A DNA stretch of 64,000 nucleotides from Myxococcota bacterium (GTDB taxonomy: Bacteria > Myxococcota_A > UBA9160 > UBA6930): NCBI GenBank assembly GCA_965223705.1, contig OZ245015.1, positions 4,256,001 through 4,320,000 on the forward strand. The letters are read 5' to 3'. Under the pieces are notes generated by a model, which made no database searches, had not been told where the DNA came from, and saw nothing but the letters and a program-made list of their open reading frames with translations. The position numbers and the translations under genes are program-made. Positions 11,191 through 20,559 of this stretch are shown piece after piece; the stretch's first letter is position 1; each line of letters starts with the position of its first letter.

Positions 11191-12543
11191 ATGAGTTATC
11201 CAGCGGTCGTGGAAAAACGCTCCCGCCCGACCGAGGAGAAGCCCGCTCGCTCGAGTCGTATTCCGGCGGGTCGGATCGAACGGCTCGCCCGTATCGGTTG
11301 GCTCGCCGGGGAAGCGGCGCTCGGCGGCCTCGCCGAACGCGGGCGGCGCGTGGGCAAGCCCGCGGGCGATTACCATCCGCTGCTTTCGGCGAGCAACGCC
11401 GAACGGCTGACCCGTCGTTTGTCTACGTTGCGCGGTGCCGCGATGAAACTCGGGCAGCTCCTGTCTCTCGAAGGAGAAGACTTCCTACCGCCCGAGTTTT
11501 CCGACGCGCTTCTCGCACTGCGCGCGGATGCCGACGCGATGCCGAGAACGCAACTCGCGCGCGTACTGGGACGGGCTTGGGGAAAAGGCTGGGAAGATCG
11601 GATCGATGCGTTCGATTGGGATCCCATCGCGGCGGCTTCGATCGGACAGGTCCACGTCGGGGAACACGGGGGACGCGCTCTCGCCTTCAAAGTGCAGTAC
11701 CCGGGCGTCGCGCAGAGCATCGAAAGCGATCTCGACAACTTGGCGAGCGTGTTTCGTCTCGCGCGCCTGCTGCCGGAGGAGATCGATCTCGATCCGGTAG
11801 TCGCAGAAGCGAAGCAACAACTTCGGGGGGAAGCGGATTACCTCGAGGAAGCCGCGGCGCTCGAGCGCTATCGCGAGCTCCTCGCCGACGAGGCTCGGTG
11901 CGCCGTCCCGGCGGTCGACCGCGAATGGACAACCCGCCGCGTCCTCGCCATGGATTTTCTTTCCGGTCGCCCTCTCGAAGATCTCCGCGGCTCCGAGTAC
12001 AGCGACGAAGAGCGCGACCGCGTCGCAGAACTCCTGTTCCGAATCCTCTTTCGCGAGCTCTTCGAGTGGCGCTATTGCCAAACCGATCCGAATTTCGCGA
12101 ATTACCTCTACGACCCGAAGACCGGCCAGCTCGGGTTGATCGATCTCGGCTCTGCGCGCGAGGTTCCGGAGCGGCTGTCCGCGTTGTATTTGGAGATTTT
12201 TCGCGCGGGCCTGGCCAACCGTCGCGGGCGTCTCGAAGAGCTCGGTTGCGAAGTGGGATTCTTCTCTCCCGACGAGCGCCGCGACCGGATCGAAAGCGTG
12301 GTCGACATGATGGAGCTCGCCTGCGAGCCATTTCACCGCGACGGCTACGACTGTGGCGCGTCCGATCTCGCGAAGCGGCTCCGCGAGCGCGGTTTCGCGC
12401 TGACCTTCGAACAGGGCTTTGCGCAGCCACCGCCAGCCGAAACGATGTTCCTCCACCGAAAGATCGGGGGTACGTTTTTGCTCACGTCGCGTCTGCGCGC
12501 CCGCATCGCGGGGCGCACGCTGATCGAGCGCTTTATCGGTTAG
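11191..12543 (+). CDS. AarF/ABC1/UbiB family atypical kinase (COQ8-like)
   Basis: KLGQ (KxGQ), AAASIGQVH, KVQYPGV, QTDPNFANY. Confidence 0.92.
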   Translation: MSYPAVVEKRSRPTEEKPARSSRIPAGRIERLARIGWLAGEAALGGLAERGRRVGKPAGDYHPLLSASNAERLTRRLSTLRGAAMKLGQLLSLEGEDFLPPEFSDALLALRADADAMPRTQLARVLGRAWGKGWEDRIDAFDWDPIAAASIGQVHVGEHGGRALAFKVQYPGVAQSIESDLDNLASVFRLARLLPEEIDLDPVVAEAKQQLRGEADYLEEAAALERYRELLADEARCAVPAVDREWTTRRVLAMDFLSGRPLEDLRGSEYSDEERDRVAELLFRILFRELFEWRYCQTDPNFANYLYDPKTGQLGLIDLGSAREVPERLSALYLEIFRAGLANRRGRLEELGCEVGFFSPDERRDRIESVVDMMELACEPFHRDGYDCGASDLAKRLRERGFALTFEQGFAQPPPAETMFLHRKIGGTFLLTSRLRARIAGRTLIERFIG

Positions 12544-12572
12544 GGTTCGACCATCGAGAAAGGGACGTTCAC

Positions 12573-13853
12573 ATGGCTCGCGTTGAGGACAACGAAACCG
12601 GCACCGACCCGGTTCCCTTCGGCGTCAATATCGCACTCGCGTGCCTAGCGGCCGCGCAAGCCCTCTGGGCCGGCTTTCAGTGGTGGGAGCTCGGCGAATT
12701 GCGGCGCGGTGCGACGACGCTTTGCGACCAAGCGGGAGGAAACTGCGCGGACGCGTGGGACGGGCCGTTGGCGTCGGCCATCCACGATCTGACAGGCCTG
12801 CCGGTCGCCGGTTGGGGCGTCGTTTGGGGCGTCGCCGCGACCGCCGTGGTTCTGCTGCGCATGACGGCTTCGAGCGAAGCGCGTCGGGCGGTCTTCGGGG
12901 GCGCAGTGCGCGCCTTGGGCTTGATCGGCGTGCTCTCCGTCCTGGTGCTGGGCGGAACGCTGATGGCGGAAGGCGTCTTCTGCCTCACGTGCGTGGTGAC
13001 CTACTTGCTGGTGCTCGGTTACGCCGCGATCGCCTGGGCCGTGTCGCTCGGTCAGGTTCGCTTCGGCCCGGGGATCGGCGTGGCCGCGGCCTGCTGCGCC
13101 GTCGTTTTCGTCCTGGCGCTGCTCACCGGGCGCGATACTCCGCGCAGCAACGTCGCCGAGCTTCCTCCAGTCGTGGTCGACGAAGGGCCGCTCTCCGAAC
13201 GACTCGCACTCTTCCTCGAAGCCCTTCCCGAGGACGGCCGACAGATCCTCGCGCGCGAAATCGCGGCGTTTCGCGCCGCCGAACCGGTCGCGCTGCCTCC
13301 GGCGCCGGGCTTGGTCGGTGTTCCGAACGCCGCCGTACGCATCACGGACTTCCACGATCCGCTCTGCCCGCACTGCGCGTCGCTCCATCAGGTACTCGAA
13401 CGCCTACACGCCGATCTGCCCGAAGGGCAACTGGCCATCGACCCGCACCACTACCCTCTCGATGCGACCTGCAACCCGGCTCTCAGCTCCGAACCGCGGG
13501 GCAGTGTTCGGTGCGACGCGAGCCGCGCGCTGATTTGTCTCGAGAGCGACCCCAAGGGCTTCGAATACTCGTCGGCGGTGTTCTTGAATCAAGAAAGGCT
13601 TACTCGGGAGAAGCTCTTCGAGCTCGCCGAACCGTTCATGGACCGGCCGAGCCTCGAGGCGTGCATTGCGAGCGAGGCCACCGAAGAACGGCTCCAAGCC
13701 GACATCGCCTGGGCCGCGGACCAGGGGATCCGCGGAACGCCGTTCGTATTCTTGAACGGAAAGTCCGTGCCGGGATTCCCGCCGCTGATCTACGCGCTGG
13801 TGCTCGCATCGGGCGATGCCGATCACCCGGCATTTTTGGCACTGTCGAAGTAG
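12573..13853 (+). CDS. vitamin K epoxide reductase (VKOR) - DsbA/thioredoxin fusion protein
   Basis: Loop cysteines CDQAGGNC, TM CLTC, then CPHC and GTP (cis-Pro) in the C-terminal domain; ATG 12573 (upstream part of ORF 11298 is spurious). Confidence 0.88.
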   Translation: MARVEDNETGTDPVPFGVNIALACLAAAQALWAGFQWWELGELRRGATTLCDQAGGNCADAWDGPLASAIHDLTGLPVAGWGVVWGVAATAVVLLRMTASSEARRAVFGGAVRALGLIGVLSVLVLGGTLMAEGVFCLTCVVTYLLVLGYAAIAWAVSLGQVRFGPGIGVAAACCAVVFVLALLTGRDTPRSNVAELPPVVVDEGPLSERLALFLEALPEDGRQILAREIAAFRAAEPVALPPAPGLVGVPNAAVRITDFHDPLCPHCASLHQVLERLHADLPEGQLAIDPHHYPLDATCNPALSSEPRGSVRCDASRALICLESDPKGFEYSSAVFLNQERLTREKLFELAEPFMDRPSLEACIASEATEERLQADIAWAADQGIRGTPFVFLNGKSVPGFPPLIYALVLASGDADHPAFLALSK

Positions 13854-13862
13854 GAGCGGCGC

Positions 13863-14297
13863 CTACTGGAAGTCGCGGAGCATCTTGCGCAGCTCCATGG
13901 TGTGCTGCTCCTCCGCGGCGATCATCTGCCGCGCGAACTCTTCGATAAAGACACTCTCGCCTTCGACCAGACCCAAGAGCTCTTTGTACAAGTCGATCGA
14001 AGTCTTCTCGTGCTTCAGGCTTTCCGCGAGCAGCGTTTCCGTGCGGTGTTGGTTCGATTCGGCCATCGGGGAGATTTTCATCGTGGGATGCCCGCCGAGA
14101 CCCGTGAGGAGTTCCCCGACTTGCTCGGCGTGCTGCAGCGATTCTGCCGCTTGCGCTCGCATGAAGTCGACGATGGGGATCCGGTTCGGGCCGGTCACCA
14201 TGAGGGCGTAGTGCGTGTACCGCACGACGCCCGCGAGCTCGTATTCCATAATGCGTTTCAGAACGTCGGTCGTGCGTTCGGTATCGAGATTGTCCAC
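13863..14297 (-). CDS. ferritin-like / bacterioferritin family protein
   Basis: EYELAGVVRY, ESLQHA, HEK, EEQH di-iron ligands. Confidence 0.85.
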   Translation of the reverse strand: MDNLDTERTTDVLKRIMEYELAGVVRYTHYALMVTGPNRIPIVDFMRAQAAESLQHAEQVGELLTGLGGHPTMKISPMAESNQHRTETLLAESLKHEKTSIDLYKELLGLVEGESVFIEEFARQMIAAEEQHTMELRKMLRDFQ

Positions 14298-14376
14298 GGG
14301 TGGAATTTTAGCGGGCTCCCGGCGGCAAGCGACCGGCAAATGCCCGCGTAACTCGGCGTCGGAACGGCGGGGAAGA

Positions 14377-14404
14377 AAAAGTCGCAAAGTTTTTTGTCAC
14401 TTTT
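14377..14404. promoter_or_regulatory. AT-rich imperfect palindrome, candidate operator
   Basis: AAAAGTCGCAAA-GTTT-TTTGTCACTTTT (10/12 arm match) between divergent genes. Confidence 0.45.
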
Positions 14405-14447
14405 CGGAGGGCCGCTGGCACTCCCTCCACAGGGAGGCCTTGGGGAT

Positions 14448-14699
14448 ATGGCACAGGCGTTTGCGAGCTACCGAAACTTCGATTCATTCATGGCCGGCGG
14501 CTACGTCGACGAGCACGGCGAAGACGTCGCTCTCGATCCCACCGACATCAATCGCGCCATCGAAGAAATGAAGAAAGGCCTGACCGCTCGGGGTATCAAG
14601 CGCCGCCTGCTTCAGGAGGACCTGTCGGCCGAAGACGTGCTCCACCTCGTGAGGCGCCTCGAGTCCCTCGGCGCCGTAGACGCCCCCCTGGCCCGGTAA
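14448..14699 (+). CDS. small hypothetical protein (83 aa)
   Basis: Protein-like composition, GC3-rich codons, GGAGG/GGGGA upstream of ATG 14448. Confidence 0.6.
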   Translation: MAQAFASYRNFDSFMAGGYVDEHGEDVALDPTDINRAIEEMKKGLTARGIKRRLLQEDLSAEDVLHLVRRLESLGAVDAPLAR

Positions 14700-16174
14700 G
14701 CACTCGGAATCGCGACCTTCAACAGGTCGCCTGCGCCCAGACGCGAATCGACTTCAATACCGTTCGCGACCGCGAGTTCCGGAAGGCTCCAAGCGTTCCG
14801 AGTCCGGTTCGAAAACGCCTGCAAGCTCTCGCCGCCGCGAGCGACCGCCACACCGAGGTGGAGGCTCACGATGCTGGACCGTTCGGATGCGTTGAGGCCT
14901 CGGAAACTCTCGGCCGTGCGGCGGAACGAAGAGCCGTACTCTCCGTATTTCTGCTCGGGCGCCATTGCCTGAAACCGGAACATACCCGCGGGATGATCGA
15001 TCCACGTGAGGTCGACCGTCGCCGGCTGGCCCTGCACCTGGGCCTTGGCCAACGCGCGGTAAGCGCGCCGTCCGCCGATCTGCACGGACCGTCCACTCTC
15101 GAACTGGATCTGCTTCTCCTGCGCGAACTGGTTGGCCGCGGTTTTCGGATCTCCGCTCTGCCCCTGAAGCTCGAGCACGATCATCGCGTCCTGCGCCGGC
15201 GACATCCCGGCGACGGCGGTTTTCGCGTTCTGCGTCTGCCAGCCCGGGGGAAAGACGAACGTGAAATCCATGTCCGGGTGCAGAAAGCGCTCTTCTTGAA
15301 AAACGCCTTCCGCCGGGTCGGGACCGATTTGAAGCCCTTGTAGAAGACGCAAATACGCGCCCCGGTCCGGGGCGATCGGCGGCGCCTGTGCACGGGTGAG
15401 CCCGGTCGCGCGCTCTCGGGTCGTGGCGACGCGTTCGGACGTCAGCGGATGCGAATCGAGGAAACTCGGCATCCGATCCTTTCCGGTGCGCCGCTTCGAA
15501 TCGCGTTCGAGTGAGCGCAAGAAGAACGCCATGCCGTTCGGATCCCATCCCGCGGCCGCAGCCATCCGCTGCCCGATGTCGTCGGACTGGCGTTCTTGAT
15601 CTCGACCGTAAGAAGCGATGAGTCCCGCGCCGGCGGCCTGCGCGATCTGCCCGACCTGCTGCGCTGCCTGGCCGCCTCCCGCCGCCCCGGCGAGCACGGT
15701 GCCGAGCACGCCGAGGAGCCCCACGCCCAGCGCGCGGGTCTCGCGCTGGGCCGAGTGGCGCGCCGCGACGTGGGCAATTTCGTGGCCGACGACGTTGGCG
15801 AGCTCAGCTTCGGAATTCGAGAGCGCGAGCAGACCGCGAGACACGTAGATGTACCCACCGGGCAGGGCGAAGGCGTTCGGCTCCGGCATGTCCGCGATGG
15901 CGAAGTGGTACGTGACGTCCTTTCGGGGAGAGAAGCGAGCCAACCGCTGGCCCATCTGATCGATGTACTTCTCGAGCGCGGGCGCTTCGACGAGCCCGAT
16001 GCTCTGCGCCACCTGTTGTGCCGCCTGTGCCCCGACGGCGGCCTCGCGCTCCGGTGACATGAGGACGAGCTCGCGTTGGCCGGTGACCGGGTTCGTCGAA
16101 CAACCCAACCAGAAGAGGGTGAGTGCGATTCCAATCCACGCCGTCACGCGCCGACGGCTCTGTCCGTGCCTCAC
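14612..16174 (-). CDS. M48 family zinc metalloprotease lipoprotein (BepA-like) with C-terminal LysM-like region
   Basis: Lipobox WLGC-STNPVTG, PNAFALPGG, HEIAH, SHP. Confidence 0.9.
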   Translation of the reverse strand: MRHGQSRRRVTAWIGIALTLFWLGCSTNPVTGQRELVLMSPEREAAVGAQAAQQVAQSIGLVEAPALEKYIDQMGQRLARFSPRKDVTYHFAIADMPEPNAFALPGGYIYVSRGLLALSNSEAELANVVGHEIAHVAARHSAQRETRALGVGLLGVLGTVLAGAAGGGQAAQQVGQIAQAAGAGLIASYGRDQERQSDDIGQRMAAAAGWDPNGMAFFLRSLERDSKRRTGKDRMPSFLDSHPLTSERVATTRERATGLTRAQAPPIAPDRGAYLRLLQGLQIGPDPAEGVFQEERFLHPDMDFTFVFPPGWQTQNAKTAVAGMSPAQDAMIVLELQGQSGDPKTAANQFAQEKQIQFESGRSVQIGGRRAYRALAKAQVQGQPATVDLTWIDHPAGMFRFQAMAPEQKYGEYGSSFRRTAESFRGLNASERSSIVSLHLGVAVARGGESLQAFSNRTRNAWSLPELAVANGIEVDSRLGAGDLLKVAIPSAYRARGASTAPRDSRRLTRWSTSSADRSS

Positions 16175-16911
16175 TTCGGGGCGACCTCCACCGTTAGCGT
16201 CACGCCCCCGCCGAGTTCGACGTCCGCGGCCTCGACCGGCGTCGTCACCGCGGCTTCCGCCGTCCGCGCCATGAAACGCTCTGGGGACGGCGGGCTGACT
16301 CGCGTGGCGCCGTCTTCTTCGACGTGCAGAATGCGGAGAATCTTCAAACCGAGTGCGTCCGCTACGCCCGAGGCCTTGTCCCGCGCTTCGCGCGCGGCGC
16401 GGGTGAGGGCCTCTCGGCGCAACGCCGCCGGCTCGACGAGCCCGAACTGCAGACGCTCGACCTGGTTCGCGCCCGCTCCGATCCCCGCATCGATGAGCTC
16501 GCCGACGGTCGCGAGCTTCCGACTCTCGACGTGAACGGTGTTGCTGGCGGTGTAGCCGACGATCTCGCGCACACCGTTCTTCGGATACACGTACTTCGGA
16601 GTGAGTCCGTAGCCCAAGGTTTCGACGCTTCCGTCCGACCCGAGAACCGCTTTCAGCGCGTTGAGTACCGCGGCTTGCTTCTTCGCGTTCTGCGCAGCCG
16701 CGAGGTCCGCGCGCTTCGCTTCCGTGATGACCGAGAAAGCGATCGCGACCTGATCCGGTGGGGCGCTCGCCGTCGCGCGAGCGTGGACGCGAAGGGTCGA
16801 TGGCTCAGTAGTCTCGGCGGACGCGACGGCGGGGAAGAGCCCCGCGACGAGCAGCGCGACGAGTACGCAACGGACATGTCGATGCACTTTGGGCTCCGGC
16901 GCAGCAGACAC
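16171..16911 (-). CDS. SIMPL (DUF541/YggE-like) domain exported protein
   Basis: Signal peptide; PD, GYTASNTV, GANQV, AREAR..KA motifs; start approximate. Confidence 0.85.
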   Translation of the reverse strand: MSAAPEPKVHRHVRCVLVALLVAGLFPAVASAETTEPSTLRVHARATASAPPDQVAIAFSVITEAKRADLAAAQNAKKQAAVLNALKAVLGSDGSVETLGYGLTPKYVYPKNGVREIVGYTASNTVHVESRKLATVGELIDAGIGAGANQVERLQFGLVEPAALRREALTRAAREARDKASGVADALGLKILRILHVEEDGATRVSPPSPERFMARTAEAAVTTPVEAADVELGGGVTLTVEVAPK

Positions 16912-16922
16912 GAAGGCGCGTT

Positions 16923-17990
16923 CTATGCGCCGCGATTGTGCACGAGCACGCGCTCGTCCTCGTCGAACCGCACGCGAACTTTCGCCGGGCCGGCCACGGC
17001 TTGCACGACGCCCATGCCGAGCGTCGGATGCTGAATACGGTCGCCCGGCGCGTACGCTTCGGTCGTCGCGTAGTCGCGCACGGGGCGACTCAAGTCCGCC
17101 TCGACGTTCTCTTCGACTGCGGCCGCGGCCTTCGCGCGCGGCGTGGGCTTCGGCTTGACCACGCCGGCACGGGGCTCCCACGCGGTGTCGACGCCCGGGT
17201 TGTGCGGAAGCTTCGGTCCGTCGTCGTCGGTCTCGAGCCACGGATCGCCGCGAAGCTTCATCCCGAGGTACTGCACCGGAATCGCCAAGTGCTCCTCGAC
17301 TTCGTTTGCGAGCCGCTCCATTTCGCGGATCCAGCGCGCGCCCTTCTGTGCTTCGCGCTTGCGACAAAGTTCCCAGTAACGGGGCGTCCCGATCAATGCG
17401 ACCGCAGGCGTTGCCGCCGCCGGTTCGACGCCGAATTGCTCCGCCGCCTCTTTTCGGAGGTCTTCGATGTTCGCGGCGATGATCGCGCTGGCTGCGAGCG
17501 TCTCGAGCAGCGCTCGAAGGGGGGTGTCACCCGTGGTTCCGCGCGAAGCATCGGGGGGCAAGAAGCGGAACGCCGCAGCGATCAATCGATCGTCCTGATC
17601 GATGGCCAGCAAATCGAGCTTTCCGACCCCGGTGTTGGGGTCGAGGGGATCGGTCTTGTCTGCGGTCCCGCTGGTCAGCGGGACGCCCCAGTCGACGAAG
17701 CGAAGGGTCTGCTCGTCATCGCACGGGAGCGCCGTGTCGAGCCCCAGACGGAGCAGCGCCCGGCTGACATGCTCGACTTCTTTCTTTCCGAGCCGCGCCG
17801 GGTGCTTGGGGAAAAAGCGCTTCCCCGCGGCGGCACGGCGAGGCGCGCGCTCTCGTTGTTTTGCGTAAAGCGCCGCTAGTTTTTCGCCGGTAAGTTCCTC
17901 GGCGACTTCGCGGAAGCCCTTCGACTGGCGCACCCTGCGATCGGCGGCCAGCTGAAGCAGTGTCTCGGCTTGAATAGTCTCGTCGCCCAC
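16923..17990 (-). CDS. hypothetical protein: degenerate PD-(D/E)xK-like domain plus C-terminal Tudor/KOW-like domain
   Basis: GKLDLLAID and TPLRALLETLA; C-terminal YAPGDRIQHPTLGMGVV..VRVRF. Confidence 0.6.
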   Translation of the reverse strand: MGDETIQAETLLQLAADRRVRQSKGFREVAEELTGEKLAALYAKQRERAPRRAAAGKRFFPKHPARLGKKEVEHVSRALLRLGLDTALPCDDEQTLRFVDWGVPLTSGTADKTDPLDPNTGVGKLDLLAIDQDDRLIAAAFRFLPPDASRGTTGDTPLRALLETLAASAIIAANIEDLRKEAAEQFGVEPAAATPAVALIGTPRYWELCRKREAQKGARWIREMERLANEVEEHLAIPVQYLGMKLRGDPWLETDDDGPKLPHNPGVDTAWEPRAGVVKPKPTPRAKAAAAVEENVEADLSRPVRDYATTEAYAPGDRIQHPTLGMGVVQAVAGPAKVRVRFDEDERVLVHNRGA

Positions 17991-18049
17991 GATCCTCCCC
18001 CTTGGGCACAGAATAACCCGCTTGGACGCTTAGGAGTGGAGACAAACCC

Positions 18050-19438
18050 TTGAGTCGCTTTTTCTCACCTGCCGGGTCGTGCCTGAAACGCGTAATGATC
18101 GCGGCTCTGGCGGTTTTCGCCCTGTCTTGCGGCGGAGACGGGGATTCCCCGGCCGCCTGCGGCGAGCTCTTTTTGGGGGTAGATCCGGGCGCAGAGGGCT
18201 GTCGGGGCGAGCGCTGCGGCCTCGTCGCCGCGCTCGAACGCGCCGCCGCTTGCCCCGAGCGCGCCTTCACCCTCGAATTGGCCGAGGGGACAATTACGCT
18301 GACTGCGAGTCACAACGATGAGCGCGGCCCGACCGGGCTACCGGTCGTCGTCGGGCCCGTGACGCTGCGCGCGGCCGGCGAGGTCTCGATCGAGCGCCCC
18401 GACGAGAGCGAGGCGGAACCGTTTCGAATCGCCCGGGTGGCTCCCACGGGTCATCTCGAGCTCATCGGAATCACCGTCCGCGGGGGAGCGGCGGACCTGG
18501 GGGGCGGGATCTACAACGAAGGCCGCCTCACCCTCCGCGAGTCCGTGGTCGAACGCGGGCGGGCCCAACAGGCCGGCGGCGGCATCTACAACGCCGGGTT
18601 GTTGGTCATGGAGCGCGGCGCCCTGCGCGAGAACCGAGCCGGGAGCGAGACCCCGGGCTTGACCCGTGGCCTCGGGGGAGGCCTCTTCTCGAAGCTCGGG
18701 GCGACCGCGATTCTCGACCGGGTGACCGTCACGGACAATCGCGCCGAAGACGGCGGCGGCCTGGCGGGAGAAGGCCTCGTCGAGGTGCGAAACAGCTTGT
18801 TCCGCCACAACCGGGCCGAGCGCGGCGGCGGTATCGCGGCGATCGGCGGGCCGGTGCTGGCGATCCGCTCCACCTGGCACGAAAACGAAGCGCGGGTGGC
18901 GGGCGGCGCGGCGTTCGTCGCGACCGCGGGGACCGCGCGCATCGACACCAGCACGATCTCCGACAACACGAGCTTCGGCGAAGGCGGTGGTCTCGCCGTC
19001 GACGGTTCGCTCGACATCGTCGGCAGCACGATCTTCGGCAACTGGGCGCGACCGGGTGGCGAGGGCGGCGGCCTGGCCACGAGTGCGGAAAGCGCGACGA
19101 GCAGCCGCGCTTCGGTCATCGCGGGTAGTCGAAGCGGTGGCGATTGCCGCGTCGAGGGTCACCTCCGAACCGCCGACCGAAACCTGGACAGCGACGATTC
19201 TTGTGCGGGTTTTCTCACAGCCCTCGATCCGATGGGGCTTTTTCACGACCTGAAAGACAACGGTGGAGACACCCCGACGCATCTGCCGTGGGATGCGAGC
19301 CCGGTGATCGACAGCCGAATCGCATCGTGCGACGCGCCCGACCAGCGCGGGCTCGCGCGTGGCGCCGACGGCGACCGCGACGGCGAACCCGCTTGCGATC
19401 TCGGAGCCACCGAACTCCGGCCGAACGACCGCCCCTAG
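18050..19438 (+). CDS. right-handed beta-helix repeat lipoprotein with choice-of-anchor Q domain
   Basis: Lipobox ALSC, repeated N.A..GGG(I/L), LKDNGGDTPTH..SPVID..DQRG..CDLGATE. Confidence 0.8.
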   Translation: MSRFFSPAGSCLKRVMIAALAVFALSCGGDGDSPAACGELFLGVDPGAEGCRGERCGLVAALERAAACPERAFTLELAEGTITLTASHNDERGPTGLPVVVGPVTLRAAGEVSIERPDESEAEPFRIARVAPTGHLELIGITVRGGAADLGGGIYNEGRLTLRESVVERGRAQQAGGGIYNAGLLVMERGALRENRAGSETPGLTRGLGGGLFSKLGATAILDRVTVTDNRAEDGGGLAGEGLVEVRNSLFRHNRAERGGGIAAIGGPVLAIRSTWHENEARVAGGAAFVATAGTARIDTSTISDNTSFGEGGGLAVDGSLDIVGSTIFGNWARPGGEGGGLATSAESATSSRASVIAGSRSGGDCRVEGHLRTADRNLDSDDSCAGFLTALDPMGLFHDLKDNGGDTPTHLPWDASPVIDSRIASCDAPDQRGLARGADGDRDGEPACDLGATELRPNDRP

Positions 19439-19521
19439 GCGCGGACTTTCTCTGTCGCGCCCGGTGGCGTGGTAGCCTTGCGATCGCGGTCTCCGGGGGG
19501 AGGCTGCCGGAGGATCGAGAC

Positions 19522-19902
19522 ATGGGTTTCCTGCGCGGCTACGAAGCTCCGATCTATGCAGTGATGCGGATTGTGGTGGGGTTCCTCTTCCTCGCCCACG
19601 GCGTTCAGAAGGTCATGGCGGGCGCCCCGCCCGAGAGCATGCCGGCGCCGGTCTTCTGGATCGCCGCGATCGTCGAGCTGGTGGGCGGCGCGCTCGTCAT
19701 GATCGGCCTGCTGGGTGGCCTCGCGGCTTTCATTTGTAGTGGCCTGATGGCGGTCGCTTACTTTATGGTCCACCAGCCCATGGGGCTCCTCCCCATCCAC
19801 AACGATGGCGAACTCGCAGCCCTGTACTGCTGGGTATTCCTCTTCATCGCTTCGCGCGGATCCGGCATTTGGAGTGTCGATTCCGCTCGCGGGGCTGCCT
19901 GA
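19522..19902 (+). CDS. DoxX family membrane protein
   Basis: RIVVGFLFLAHGVQK, ELVGG, MAVAYFMVH, GELAALY. Confidence 0.9.
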   Translation: MGFLRGYEAPIYAVMRIVVGFLFLAHGVQKVMAGAPPESMPAPVFWIAAIVELVGGALVMIGLLGGLAAFICSGLMAVAYFMVHQPMGLLPIHNDGELAALYCWVFLFIASRGSGIWSVDSARGAA

Positions 19903-19920
19903 CACGGAAAGACGGAACGG

Positions 19921-20559
19921 ATGAGCCCCCACAGCCAGCTATCCCCGGAGGCCGAGCGCCCCAAGCGTCTCGAGGAGCACAAGCTGTTCCTCTGGGACTT
20001 CATTCGCCGGCCTCTCGAAGTCGCGTCGGTGATTCCCAGCTCTCGGTTTCTCGAGCGCCGAATCGTCCGGGCGGCGGAAGCCGATGTCGCAAAAACGGTG
20101 GTGGAGCTGGGGCCTGGGACCGGTGGCACGAGCCGAGCATTTCTTCGGGCGATGGCGCCGGATACGCGGCTCCTCTGCATCGAGATCAACGACCGCTTCG
20201 CGAAGCACTTGGAGCGTGAACTCGACGATCCGCGCGTGATCGTCCACCGCGGCGACGCCCGAGATCTGCGAACGATCCTCGACAAGTACGAGCTGCCGGA
20301 ACCGGACGCCGTGGTCTCAGGCATTCCCTTCTCGACGATTCCCCAGGACATCGGACTGGGCATTCTGCGCTCCGTGCACGATGTGCTCGCACCGGGTGGT
20401 CGATTCGTGGCGTACCAGGTGCGGGATCGCGTCTATGTCCTGGGCAAGACGATCTTCGGCCCGGCGGAATCGGTGACCGAATATCGCAACGTGCCGCCGG
20501 CGCGAGTCTTTACCTGGCGGAAGCCCAAGCCCGGCGCCGCCGACGCTTCACAGATGTAG
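19921..20559 (+). CDS. phospholipid N-methyltransferase-like class I SAM methyltransferase
   Basis: VASVIPSS, VELGPGTG, VSGIPF, NVPPARV. Confidence 0.85.
   Translation: MSPHSQLSPEAERPKRLEEHKLFLWDFIRRPLEVASVIPSSRFLERRIVRAAEADVAKTVVELGPGTGGTSRAFLRAMAPDTRLLCIEINDRFAKHLERELDDPRVIVHRGDARDLRTILDKYELPEPDAVVSGIPFSTIPQDIGLGILRSVHDVLAPGGRFVAYQVRDRVYVLGKTIFGPAESVTEYRNVPPARVFTWRKPKPGAADASQM

Noticed and set aside
11298..12572. Long N-terminal extension of the VKOR-DsbA ORF overlapping the ABC1 kinase in another frame
   Set aside because: Arg/Ser/Pro-rich shadow-frame translation; protein-like sequence begins at ATG 12573
14449..14464. Sigma54-like TGGCAC...TTGC
   Set aside because: GG-to-GC spacing is one base too long and the site lies inside the small ORF start
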